This document shows, one piece after another, positions 24,423-32,000 of a stretch of 32,000 nt of DNA. Positions within the stretch are counted from its first letter, which is position 1. Each line of letters starts with the position of its first letter. Made by a program: the position numbers and the translations under genes. The notes under the pieces are model-generated. The model did not search any database. It saw nothing but the letters and a program-made list of their open reading frames with translations, and had not been told where the DNA came from. This DNA is from Nostoc punctiforme PCC 73102 (GTDB lineage: Bacteria > Cyanobacteriota > Cyanobacteriia > Cyanobacteriales > Nostocaceae): positions 3,180,001 through 3,212,000 of the forward strand of contig NC_010628.1 of NCBI RefSeq assembly GCF_000020025.1, written 5' to 3'.

Positions 24423-27400
24423 AATTGGCTCAATCGCCTCTGGTATGGGAATGCACCTGCATGGATTGAAGCAAATTGGTGGTGTCCCTGTGTGGGCAAT
24501 CGAATGTGATGAGGCGATCGCCCACTGCTACCACCAAAATCACAAAAGCGAAGTCTACATCAAAAAAGTTCAAGACGTTGCCCCATCTGATTTGGCAGAT
24601 ATTGATTTGTTAATAACTACCCTCAGCTGTAAAAATGCATCCATTGCCAACGCTAACCGGGGCGAATTGCCAGAAGATGCAGCAGCCGGGATAGCCACCG
24701 GTGACATCATCAAAGCCTTAAAGCCCCAGTACTTCATGCTTGAGAACGTCTGGGGATACCGCAAATTCGAGTCTTTTAAACAAATTCAAGCGGCGCTGGA
24801 TGAGTGTGGCTACTATTCCCGCTTTTACAAATTCAATTGCCGTAATTGGGGTATTGCTCAAAGCCGCGATCGCCTTTATCTTTTGGCAAGCAAGGATGGT
24901 ACTTTCGCTGATCCTGTACCTCCACAAATCTCAGAGGTTGGGTGGTATGAGGTGATCGCTGACTTGATTGATGAGCTACCAGAAACAACACTTGCACCTT
25001 GGCAGTTGCGTAAGTTTCCAGAGTTAGCCCGTGAAGCTAATTCTTGTTTAATCCCAGACCACTCTAATTGGACAAATTTGATTCCTCAGTCTGCCCCTTG
25101 CTCAACAGTTAGAGAAGGACACCAAACCTTTAAAGCTTTAATCAAACGTGCCGGTGGGGGAAGAGATAGCGATCGCCTTTACCAAAGTGATGAACCATCT
25201 TTCACTATCCGAGCGATGGGTAGAAAGTCTGATAATCACTCTCGCATAGCCGACGCGATCGTGGGTGACAGAATTGTTGCGGTGACTCCTCGCGCTTGTC
25301 TGCGGTTTTTTGGCGATAAAGAAACAGCAGATAATATCTGGCTTCCTCCTACCAAGTCGCTAGCGAATGAGGTAGTAGGCAATGGCGCTAGTTGGGTGAT
25401 GTTCAAAAGCCTATTTGAGCATTTATCCCAGTCTGTGCCGACGTTGCTTTCCATCGAATCAAACTCCTTGAGGGATATTTCGACTTCGCTCAATACAAGT
25501 GGTGGCGAAATGGTTGAGAACTTTTTTCAGATAGGCGATCGCGTTGAACTTGTATGCGATGTTTTATTTGGTGATATAAACCTCAAAGCTAAAAACCCCA
25601 ATGCCAAACTAGCCATTGCTGGAGAGTGCGCCGAAGTATGCGGCGTTCGAGGTACAAGACTTGCTCTTAGTGTTGGCGGTGAGCCATTTGATTGTCCCAT
25701 TAGGTTAGTGAAAAAAAATTTAGATGTTCCTACCGCCGATACCGCAATGTTTACGTCAGAGCAGGGTATAGGGACTCAGGTAGAGAATAATTCTCATTCT
25801 GAACCTTGCCCCCCTCCACCCAAAGAATCAGATAAGTGGTATACACCACCCAATATTCAGGATTTACTCACGCAGGTACTCGGCGCAGTTGACCTTGACC
25901 CTTGCGCCGATGACGGTAAACATATCAAAGCGGCAAACCATTACACCGCATCTGATGACGGACTTGCTCAGGAGTGGTACGGACGGGTGTTTATGAACCC
26001 TCCCTATTCATGCCCTGGCAAGTGGATGGCGAAATTGCAAGCAGAGATAGAGGCTGGAAGGGTAACGGAGGCGATCGCCCTGGTTCCGGCAGCGACAGAT
26101 ACCAATTGGTTGCACCCGCTCCTTGACACTCAACCCATCTGCTTTTGGAAAGGCCGCATCAAATTTTTAGATACGAACTATCAACCAAAACTCTCGGCTA
26201 GGCAATCACACTGCCTGCTGTATTGGGGTACTAATGCACAGAAATTCAAACAAGTTTTTGACGAAGTTGGAACTGTGAAAAATATAAGCCAGTCTGCTCT
26301 TCTCTGCGAGACGCTGCGCGATGGGGTTTCCCCAAGTGGAAGAACTGGCGTTGAATCTGAAACTGCTTGGAATCCTGCTGATTTTGGAGAAGTACCACGC
26401 ATTGCTGATGGCGATCAACTAACGATTTTTTATGACACCCATGAGCCACCAGACCCCGACAATTACCCGTCTATCGCGGCGTATGAACAGGCATGGCAGG
26501 AATGGGAGAAAAAGCTGACTAGGAGCAACGTAAAACAGGGAGTTCACGTTGTTGACCAGCTTGGATCGTTGGGGATTATCAAAGAAAACTTGGGGTTTGG
26601 GTTTGTCGTTGATTGGTTGGGTGACGCTGTTGCTTACAACTGGGAGCGAGACAGCGATCGCATTGATACTTTTAAGATCGCAAATCAAGGAAGGATGAAG
26701 GAGGAAGGAGGAAGAAGTGATGAAGTTGAATCTGAATCATCATCCCTCTTCCCGACGCTCGCAGACTCGCTACCGCTACGCTATCTCCCCTCTTCCTGCG
26801 AACTTCCCAATCAAGTTTTTAAAAACAAGGAGCAAAATACTGTGACAACTTTCCAATTTTCTGGCACACAGGCGATCGCCTCTCAAATTGCCCAATTACA
26901 AGAGCAATTGAACAAACTCACCGCCTCTTTAGAGCCATACCAAGAGTGCGAACAAAAAGCTGAGGAATTGCGCCAAGAAGTGGCGCAATTTGGGCGGGAA
27001 ATGGTAGATAAGGGAATTCCCCAGAATGACATTTTAAGTTGGGCGCGATCGCTTTATAGCGCGGCTAGTGGTGTGGAGTTAGTGGAGAGTGATAGTAGTG
27101 TAATTGCTGCTCAAAATGAAATTATTAGTGAATTGAAAGCCGGAAATCATGTATTGCGTGAGCAATATAGCGAAGTCATAAGACAAAGAGATTTACTAAT
27201 AAAGCAGGTTGAAGACAATGATAATGATATGGATGTGCAACTAGCGGAACAACAATTAATACCAGAAGTGGAAGCTTCAAACAAAGAACTTACCGAAGGC
27301 GTAGCAAGCTTTACTGAAGGCGATCGCGTTTGTGTAAATGCTATACACGAATTAGAACACTTACTCGAAAGACTTGGTACAGTAGTTGGAATAAAAGGTA

Positions 27401-27948
27401 ACTCTATTGCCGTACTTTTTGACGCAACAGATAATGAAGGTCAGCACGAAATAATTACCGATAGAAGTAATTTGGTGCTACTTTTGAAAGCTACTCCAGA
27501 CAATCACGCACACATTAAAGCTTCTAACTTTATAGCTACTATTCGTACCAAAGCCGGAGCAAATAACATTAATTGGCAGAATATCAGCGAACTGTGCCAA
27601 GGCAATCATCTTATTTTAAAAGAATTGCTTTTAACGACCACTACAAAAATTCAAAAAGAACTGATTCAAAAGCTACCTCAACTGATGGCTGATTACATTG
27701 CTGAAACTGGTGACATTACAGATATGCAGCTTGTTGGCGATAAATTTAAGTCTGAAGTTGAGGCGTTGTTAGAAGTAAAAAAGTCTCTGGTGTATCAAGC
27801 TGGTGATTGGGTAAAAAGTACAGAATCGGGTGAAATCTGGCAAGTACGAAATTTTGACGGTGAGTGGTTGTCGGTGAAACGAGACAACAAGATTGGCTCA
27901 CTGCATAAATCAGAAGTTGAGTTGATTCAACAAGAAATCGCTGCTTGA
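24406..27948 (+). CDS. Fusion protein: C5-cytosine DNA methyltransferase + Dam-type (PF05869-like) N6-adenine methyltransferase + long SH3-like/coiled-coil tail
   Basis: In aa 1-340 I read motif I (IASGMG), motif IV variant (TLSCKNAS), ENV (MLENVWG), QSRDRLYLL, VTPRACLRFFG and GNGAS. In aa ~476-615 I read DKWYTPP, DLDPCA, FMNPPYS, LVPAATDTNW and KGRIKF. The remainder has heptad-like and GD(R/W)V modules. Confidence 0.85.
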   Translation: MNHHFKIGSIASGMGMHLHGLKQIGGVPVWAIECDEAIAHCYHQNHKSEVYIKKVQDVAPSDLADIDLLITTLSCKNASIANANRGELPEDAAAGIATGDIIKALKPQYFMLENVWGYRKFESFKQIQAALDECGYYSRFYKFNCRNWGIAQSRDRLYLLASKDGTFADPVPPQISEVGWYEVIADLIDELPETTLAPWQLRKFPELAREANSCLIPDHSNWTNLIPQSAPCSTVREGHQTFKALIKRAGGGRDSDRLYQSDEPSFTIRAMGRKSDNHSRIADAIVGDRIVAVTPRACLRFFGDKETADNIWLPPTKSLANEVVGNGASWVMFKSLFEHLSQSVPTLLSIESNSLRDISTSLNTSGGEMVENFFQIGDRVELVCDVLFGDINLKAKNPNAKLAIAGECAEVCGVRGTRLALSVGGEPFDCPIRLVKKNLDVPTADTAMFTSEQGIGTQVENNSHSEPCPPPPKESDKWYTPPNIQDLLTQVLGAVDLDPCADDGKHIKAANHYTASDDGLAQEWYGRVFMNPPYSCPGKWMAKLQAEIEAGRVTEAIALVPAATDTNWLHPLLDTQPICFWKGRIKFLDTNYQPKLSARQSHCLLYWGTNAQKFKQVFDEVGTVKNISQSALLCETLRDGVSPSGRTGVESETAWNPADFGEVPRIADGDQLTIFYDTHEPPDPDNYPSIAAYEQAWQEWEKKLTRSNVKQGVHVVDQLGSLGIIKENLGFGFVVDWLGDAVAYNWERDSDRIDTFKIANQGRMKEEGGRSDEVESESSSLFPTLADSLPLRYLPSSCELPNQVFKNKEQNTVTTFQFSGTQAIASQIAQLQEQLNKLTASLEPYQECEQKAEELRQEVAQFGREMVDKGIPQNDILSWARSLYSAASGVELVESDSSVIAAQNEIISELKAGNHVLREQYSEVIRQRDLLIKQVEDNDNDMDVQLAEQQLIPEVEASNKELTEGVASFTEGDRVCVNAIHELEHLLERLGTVVGIKGNSIAVLFDATDNEGQHEIITDRSNLVLLLKATPDNHAHIKASNFIATIRTKAGANNINWQNISELCQGNHLILKELLLTTTTKIQKELIQKLPQLMADYIAETGDITDMQLVGDKFKSEVEALLEVKKSLVYQAGDWVKSTESGEIWQVRNFDGEWLSVKRDNKIGSLHKSEVELIQQEIAA
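26690..26808. mobile_element. MITE-like hairpin element, copy B, inserted in frame inside the methyltransferase fusion gene
   Basis: A 119-bp insert lies between direct repeats AATCAAG (26683-26689 and 26809-26815). 119+7=126 nt, which is 42 codons with no stop. The internal sequence is related to copy A. Confidence 0.65.
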
Positions 27949-27951
27949 ACC

Positions 27952-28003
27952 AGAAGGAAGAAGGAAGAATTCTTCTCTACCTTCTTCTCTCTTCCTTCTT
28001 CCT
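27952..28003. repeat. Polypurine/polypyrimidine hairpin, copy C, 4 nt after the fusion-gene stop; terminator candidate
   Basis: An 18-nt pure purine arm (agaaggaagaaggaagaa) is followed by a ~33-nt pyrimidine arm. It contains the 12-bp palindrome GAAGAATTCTTC (27964-27975) plus 8-9 bp outer pairings in several registers. Confidence 0.6.
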
Positions 28004-28025
28004 TTGTTAAATCAAAGGGGATATT

Positions 28026-28157
28026 TTGTCTATTTGTCCATACTGCCAAACTCAATTTGACTTAATTGATGGCTTTGGTAATCACTGCTCTCGCCGTTGC
28101 GCGGTTCGCCACGGCAATAAAAATTTGTGGTCTGAAGAAGAGAACTTGAACACTTAA
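28026..28157 (+). CDS. Possible 43-aa zinc-ribbon peptide (TTG start), below the ORF-track cut-off
   Basis: Hand translation gives (M)SICPYCQTQFDLIDGFGNHCSRRCAVRHGNKNLWSEEENLNT. AAAGGGG lies 7 nt upstream. It has a CxxC...CxxxC pattern. Confidence 0.3.
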   Translation: MSICPYCQTQFDLIDGFGNHCSRRCAVRHGNKNLWSEEENLNT

Positions 28158-28166
28158 AATCAATGA

Positions 28167-28433
28167 TTGGCTCAAGCCCAGGCAGGCATCGCCCAGATGT
28201 GGAATAGGCTTTACGAGCCAGAATACCAAGAGCGCGGCATTAATCAAATATTCATTTTTACTGCACAATTTGGGGAATTGATAATAAGATTAGAAGTTAA
28301 TCCTTTTGAAGACGAACTTGCCAAAAAGTTGGTAGCACCTGAACCACAAGCTTTTCAAAATTGGCAAAAGAAAGTTGAGGAGCAATTCAAGAAATTGTAC
28401 GGAATTAGCATTAAACAGTGGCAAAAGCGGTAA
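28167..28433 (+). CDS. Hypothetical protein (88 aa; start uncertain)
   Basis: The ORF starts with TTG in the track, and an internal ATG at 28197 is an alternative start. No motif was recognised. Confidence 0.5.
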   Translation: MAQAQAGIAQMWNRLYEPEYQERGINQIFIFTAQFGELIIRLEVNPFEDELAKKLVAPEPQAFQNWQKKVEEQFKKLYGISIKQWQKR

Positions 28434-28711
28434 AATACCAGTATTTTTACCACTGCGCTTTTATGTGCATCCTGTTGTCAAACGACCATCTAAGAGAACT
28501 TACGGAGATATATCACGTACAAGACGGTACAAAGATTCCTGTGCTAATTGAATTTCTTTGGTCGCTCCGACATTTACAAGATAAGCTGGAAGACTTGCCG
28601 CCAATGGAGAATAAAACCCACTTAGTGGATCGGGCGCAAGAGATGGATTGCGCGATCGCGTCTGAAATTATAGAATCTGTTGAAAAATGCTTACAATCGA
28701 TTCCCCCCTAG
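28418..28711 (+). CDS. Hypothetical protein (97 aa; start uncertain)
   Basis: GTG start overlapping the upstream stop, with an alternative ATG at 28463. It overlaps the next gene by 25 nt. Confidence 0.5.
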   Translation: MAKAVKYQYFYHCAFMCILLSNDHLRELTEIYHVQDGTKIPVLIEFLWSLRHLQDKLEDLPPMENKTHLVDRAQEMDCAIASEIIESVEKCLQSIPP

Positions 28712-31404
28712 CCACAGATACCGCCGCACGCTACACCGCCGCCCATTTAATTGAAGTGGCAAAACAGGAAAACAACTTTGCGCCTTTAGTAACTGTGGAT
28801 TTTGGGAAAGCAGAAAGCATAGTTGTTGAATACCAAGAAACAATCACTCTTCCTGAAAGCTGGGAAAGTGTAAGGGCGATCACTTCCAACGGACAAACTT
28901 ACACCCCAGCAATTGATCCCGAATCGCCTCAAGCGGGGGAATTTGTCTACAATCCCTACACCAACACAGTGCAAGTTTATGGGACAGTAGGGCGGAGTCT
29001 TCAAATTTACGGTAATACCCAAACAATTAAATTCTTCCCTCCCCTGCTTCCCCCTCCCTACCCTCAACTTTTTACCAATTTGCCATTAGAGGGGGCTATT
29101 CAATTTACTCGCCAATTTGAACAACAACCATCTGCCCAATTTGAATTAGAGCTAAGGCTATCTAAAGCGCAAATACAAAGTATTTTTGCACCGGGGACAG
29201 AATTGGATTTGTACGGGTTGCCGTTGAGAATTAACAGTTTAAATATTAAAGAATTACCCCGATCGATATACCCAGATGGACGTTGTAAAATAAGCGCCTC
29301 ACTGGGTTCGCGCTGGGAAAATTATCTTGATGAGCCGTGCTTCTTGCGGTCGGATGGGGGAAATAGTACATCAATCAGTGAGCCATTTCAAGACACCGAA
29401 TGCACCGCGCCCACGCCATCACTAACCGATCCCAACTTCAACACGACCATACAGCAGTTGCTTGCCAAGATAGGTATTGCCTACACTGGGCCCAACCTTG
29501 CGTCTGTACCAATACCTCAAGGTACAGCAAGGGATACAGTGGTGAATCCGTTGCAGCTACTGAGCGATCGCTTGTTAGTCGCAAATTCTTTTGTGAGGTG
29601 GAGTAACGCATCTGCGGTTGAGGTGGTTCCGATTGGTAGCGGAAGGGTGTGGAATTATCAAGAATCTGATATTAAAGGAGAGGATGGAGTTGATACGAGT
29701 TTTGAGGCGATCGCCAAACTCAGCAAGCGCCGACTGACAGCAATTCCTAACTTAAATCCCCCGCCCCCCGACTTAGTGAATTTTCCAAGCGAGGTGCAGT
29801 TGCCACCAGTGCCACAACTACGGGGCGAGTTACCAACAGCGCTGGCGTTTGAATACCCAAATAGCGAACTAACTGGGGAATTTAGCGAGATTCGATCTGA
29901 CCAGCAAGAGCGCACCCAAGGGCAAAAACCTAGATATACAAGAAAGCCAAGAAAAATAGAAGAACGGATCGACGGCGATAAAAATGCTCATATTCCTTTA
30001 GAGGGTGTGCAGTCCATCCAAAATATGAGCTTGATTTTTGATATTGGCGGACAAACTAAAACCCGCTCAACTACCACTACTGAGGATGGGGCGACGGTTA
30101 AAGTTGTTGACGAGATTTGGGGTTTCGTTTGCTATGCCGCTCAAATTTATGATGATAGCCGCGATCGCCTTAATGGCAATCCTAATGATTATTGGGTGTG
30201 CTTGAAGCGGACAACCACAGATTACACCTACGACGAAGATACTGGCTACTTACTTTCTACTGCAACATCTGGCTATAATACTGTACGCTTCCGCCAAGAA
30301 TCAGCGGACAATCCCGAAACACTGGGGATGGATTCAGGCGATCCAGAACTCGATTTGTATAAATTTATTCAAATACCAGTTCTTGGGCGCACTAGCTACT
30401 ACCTCAAATTGATGCCTGAATACAGTAGCGAGGGGTTATTTGAATTAGTAAAAGTGTGCAACAGAGACGGTACTAGTACACTTCAGCCGCTAATTAATCC
30501 AGACTACGCGCCGCCGTACTATGTGGAGTATGAGCGCACGGAATCAGTCGCGTTTGCAAGTCGCCCCAACCCAGATAATGAAGGTAGAACCGGAAGTGAA
30601 GACGACCCCCTTGCGCCTGATTTAACTGCAGGGGAAGAATCAAAATTTGAAGCTTTCACTCAAGTGACTGTTGCTACATACCAACAAAAGTTAATAGGGT
30701 TTGAGGGTGGCTACCCAACTTACGAGCGCGGGGAAGAAAATACACCCCAAAAGTTCACCAAGTACATCAAACAATTCAAGGCTCAAGGCCCCGCGATCGC
30801 CACTGCCCTAGAAGAAATCTCAATTGAAGAGGGCACTGGAGAACTGCCCACAGCCACTAGAAGTCCACCACAATTTACCAAAGAACAACCTGCTGAAAAA
30901 CCTAATAAAACCGAAGAGGAGAAACAGAAATATCGGTATTTTCTGCAAACTGCGGGGTATACGGCGGCCGCCCCGATTAATGGCAGTGAAAGCTTCCCCT
31001 TAGCTAAAACTTTTGAGCAAGCGCTGACTGCTGCTCGGTGTAAATTGGCTATTGAAAATTGGAGAAATGGATTTACAGAGACGTTGCAAGTTGGGGGGAA
31101 TTTGGGGATTCGAGAGGGCGATCGCTTTAACTACACTTGCAATGGTGAATTTCGCCAAAGGATAGTACTAGGAGCGCAAACTACACTCAATATTTTGGGC
31201 GCGGTTGACGGTGTGCCTAAGGTGACTTCTGTTACTTCCCTCACATTGGGGCGATGGATGTTGCCAGAGTTGACTTATAGTAAAGTGCCAGTGCCCAAGG
31301 AGCCGAAAGCGCCTAGATTTAATATCACCGTAACTGATGTGGTAAGCGCCGAACTAGGCAGTATTATTGATTGGGCGAAGATTAGAAGTAGAAGAAATCC
31401 TTAG
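28687..31404 (+). CDS. Large hypothetical protein (905 aa), possibly a virion/tail-associated structural protein
   Basis: Uninterrupted 2.7-kb ORF with beta-rich, Pro-rich segments (FFPPLLPPPYPQLF, NLNPPPPDLVNFPSEVQLPPVPQL). The structural role is assigned only from size, composition and position in a phage-like element. Confidence 0.7.
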   Translation: MLTIDSPLATDTAARYTAAHLIEVAKQENNFAPLVTVDFGKAESIVVEYQETITLPESWESVRAITSNGQTYTPAIDPESPQAGEFVYNPYTNTVQVYGTVGRSLQIYGNTQTIKFFPPLLPPPYPQLFTNLPLEGAIQFTRQFEQQPSAQFELELRLSKAQIQSIFAPGTELDLYGLPLRINSLNIKELPRSIYPDGRCKISASLGSRWENYLDEPCFLRSDGGNSTSISEPFQDTECTAPTPSLTDPNFNTTIQQLLAKIGIAYTGPNLASVPIPQGTARDTVVNPLQLLSDRLLVANSFVRWSNASAVEVVPIGSGRVWNYQESDIKGEDGVDTSFEAIAKLSKRRLTAIPNLNPPPPDLVNFPSEVQLPPVPQLRGELPTALAFEYPNSELTGEFSEIRSDQQERTQGQKPRYTRKPRKIEERIDGDKNAHIPLEGVQSIQNMSLIFDIGGQTKTRSTTTTEDGATVKVVDEIWGFVCYAAQIYDDSRDRLNGNPNDYWVCLKRTTTDYTYDEDTGYLLSTATSGYNTVRFRQESADNPETLGMDSGDPELDLYKFIQIPVLGRTSYYLKLMPEYSSEGLFELVKVCNRDGTSTLQPLINPDYAPPYYVEYERTESVAFASRPNPDNEGRTGSEDDPLAPDLTAGEESKFEAFTQVTVATYQQKLIGFEGGYPTYERGEENTPQKFTKYIKQFKAQGPAIATALEEISIEEGTGELPTATRSPPQFTKEQPAEKPNKTEEEKQKYRYFLQTAGYTAAAPINGSESFPLAKTFEQALTAARCKLAIENWRNGFTETLQVGGNLGIREGDRFNYTCNGEFRQRIVLGAQTTLNILGAVDGVPKVTSVTSLTLGRWMLPELTYSKVPVPKEPKAPRFNITVTDVVSAELGSIIDWAKIRSRRNP

Positions 31405-31415
31405 TTATTTTTATT

Positions 31416-31580
31416 ATGTACACCACTGCTAAAGTAGCCGAACCTTGGCGATCGCTATTCCCCAAAATCAAAGAATCTACTACCAGTATTGAAGTTACGG
31501 TGCGCGGTCAAAGTTTCACAATTGAGATTCCCAAGAGGCGATCGCAGGTCACTACCAACAGAAATTTACAATTTCGCTAG
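31416..31580 (+). CDS. Possible 54-aa hypothetical protein, below the ORF-track cut-off
   Basis: Hand translation gives MYTTAKVAEPWRSLFPKIKESTTSIEVTVRGQSFTIEIPKRRSQVTTNRNLQFR. Its TAG stop shares the tetranucleotide CTAG with the stop of the convergent gene. Confidence 0.35.
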   Translation: MYTTAKVAEPWRSLFPKIKESTTSIEVTVRGQSFTIEIPKRRSQVTTNRNLQFR

Positions 31581-31993
31581 CCTGAAAATGTCTTTTTCTT
31601 TTTATCTTCATTGAAAATTGTTGGCTGCGCTAATCGCTTGACAATTGTAAATTCTTCATTTACGACATCTTTGAAATCACCAACTCTTTTAAGTTTACTG
31701 TAGGGCACAAATAAATCCTTGTTTTCCAAAGGTGGCGGCATTTCACCCACGTTCACGGGCTGGTAATTAACATCTGGGAAAACGCTTGCATTTATTGGTG
31801 AAGAGAATATTGCATCGTTTGGCGTTAAAGTGGTATTTTCTTCGCCTTCCAAAAACTCTTCTTTGATAAAGATAAAAACTTGTTGCCTGTAGGGATAATC
31901 TAATGCAATATCATAAGTACCGGGGATATCTACTTTCAAAACAATGCCGCCAACAGAACCATAAGCTGTAAATGGTTTGTCTCCACTTGGCAT
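31577..31993 (-). CDS. Hypothetical protein (138 aa), convergent with the rightward block
   Basis: ORF with an ATG at 31993, 7 nt from the window edge. No motif was recognised, and the start could lie outside the window. Confidence 0.55.
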   Translation of the reverse strand: MPSGDKPFTAYGSVGGIVLKVDIPGTYDIALDYPYRQQVFIFIKEEFLEGEENTTLTPNDAIFSSPINASVFPDVNYQPVNVGEMPPPLENKDLFVPYSKLKRVGDFKDVVNEEFTIVKRLAQPTIFNEDKKKKTFSG

Positions 31994-32000
31994 TGGTTTT

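Larger units (their letters stand above)
18712..32000. mobile_element. Phage-like integrated element (left junction in window; right end beyond window)
   Basis: It starts where the PLD gene is cut. It has a CI-like/RHH divergent switch and an 11-kb unidirectional block with ATGA-coupled small genes. The block includes an initiator with iterons, methyltransferases and a large unrecognised late protein. Confidence 0.65.

Noticed and set aside
30964-30971. GCGGCCGC (NotI site) as evidence for the specificity of the NotI-family nuclease
   Set aside because: A single occurrence is uninformative. Family membership does not fix the recognition sequence, and site avoidance cannot be computed by eye.

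Overview
The window looks like chromosomal DNA from a heterocyst-forming cyanobacterium of the Nostoc/Anabaena type. This is an inference from three things: the HIP1 octamer GCGATCGC recurs roughly every 0.5-0.8 kb (counted by eye), STRR-like heptamer repeats are present, and the gene content fits. Positions 1-13.7 kb carry ordinary housekeeping and envelope genes: ppa, panD, an MBL-fold protein with a degenerate metal motif, an HtrA protease, PBP4, a LOG-family protein, a 623-aa pentapeptide-repeat protein, a secreted zincin metalloprotease and a DUF1995 protein. Positions 13.97-16.2 kb hold a HIP1-free, visibly AT-richer type II restriction-modification cassette. It consists of a beta-class SPPY methyltransferase, a NotI-family endonuclease joined to it by an ATGA overlap, and a tiny third ORF, and it sits 4 nt behind a cysteine desulfurase gene. 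At 17.6-18.7 kb a two-lobed PLD/HKD gene stops just before its expected second HKD motif. The stop coincides with the junction to a phage-like element of at least 13.3 kb that runs to the window end. That element contains a divergent XRE/RHH switch with repeated operator-like 19-mers and a split ParB/KorB-like gene. It also has a replication-initiator-like gene with five embedded palindromic iterons plus an AT-rich tract (lambda ori-in-O architecture), followed by a helicase-loader-like gene. It further encodes an 1180-aa fusion of a C5-cytosine and a Dam-type N6-adenine methyltransferase with a long tail, and a 905-aa unrecognised protein. The methyltransferase fusion carries a 119-bp MITE-like hairpin element flanked by a 7-bp direct repeat, adding exactly 42 in-frame codons. 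Related purine/pyrimidine hairpins sit at the element junction and just after the fusion gene. No integrase, tRNA, rRNA or CRISPR array was seen. All functional calls rest on motifs read from the translations and on remembered family signatures, because no database search was possible.
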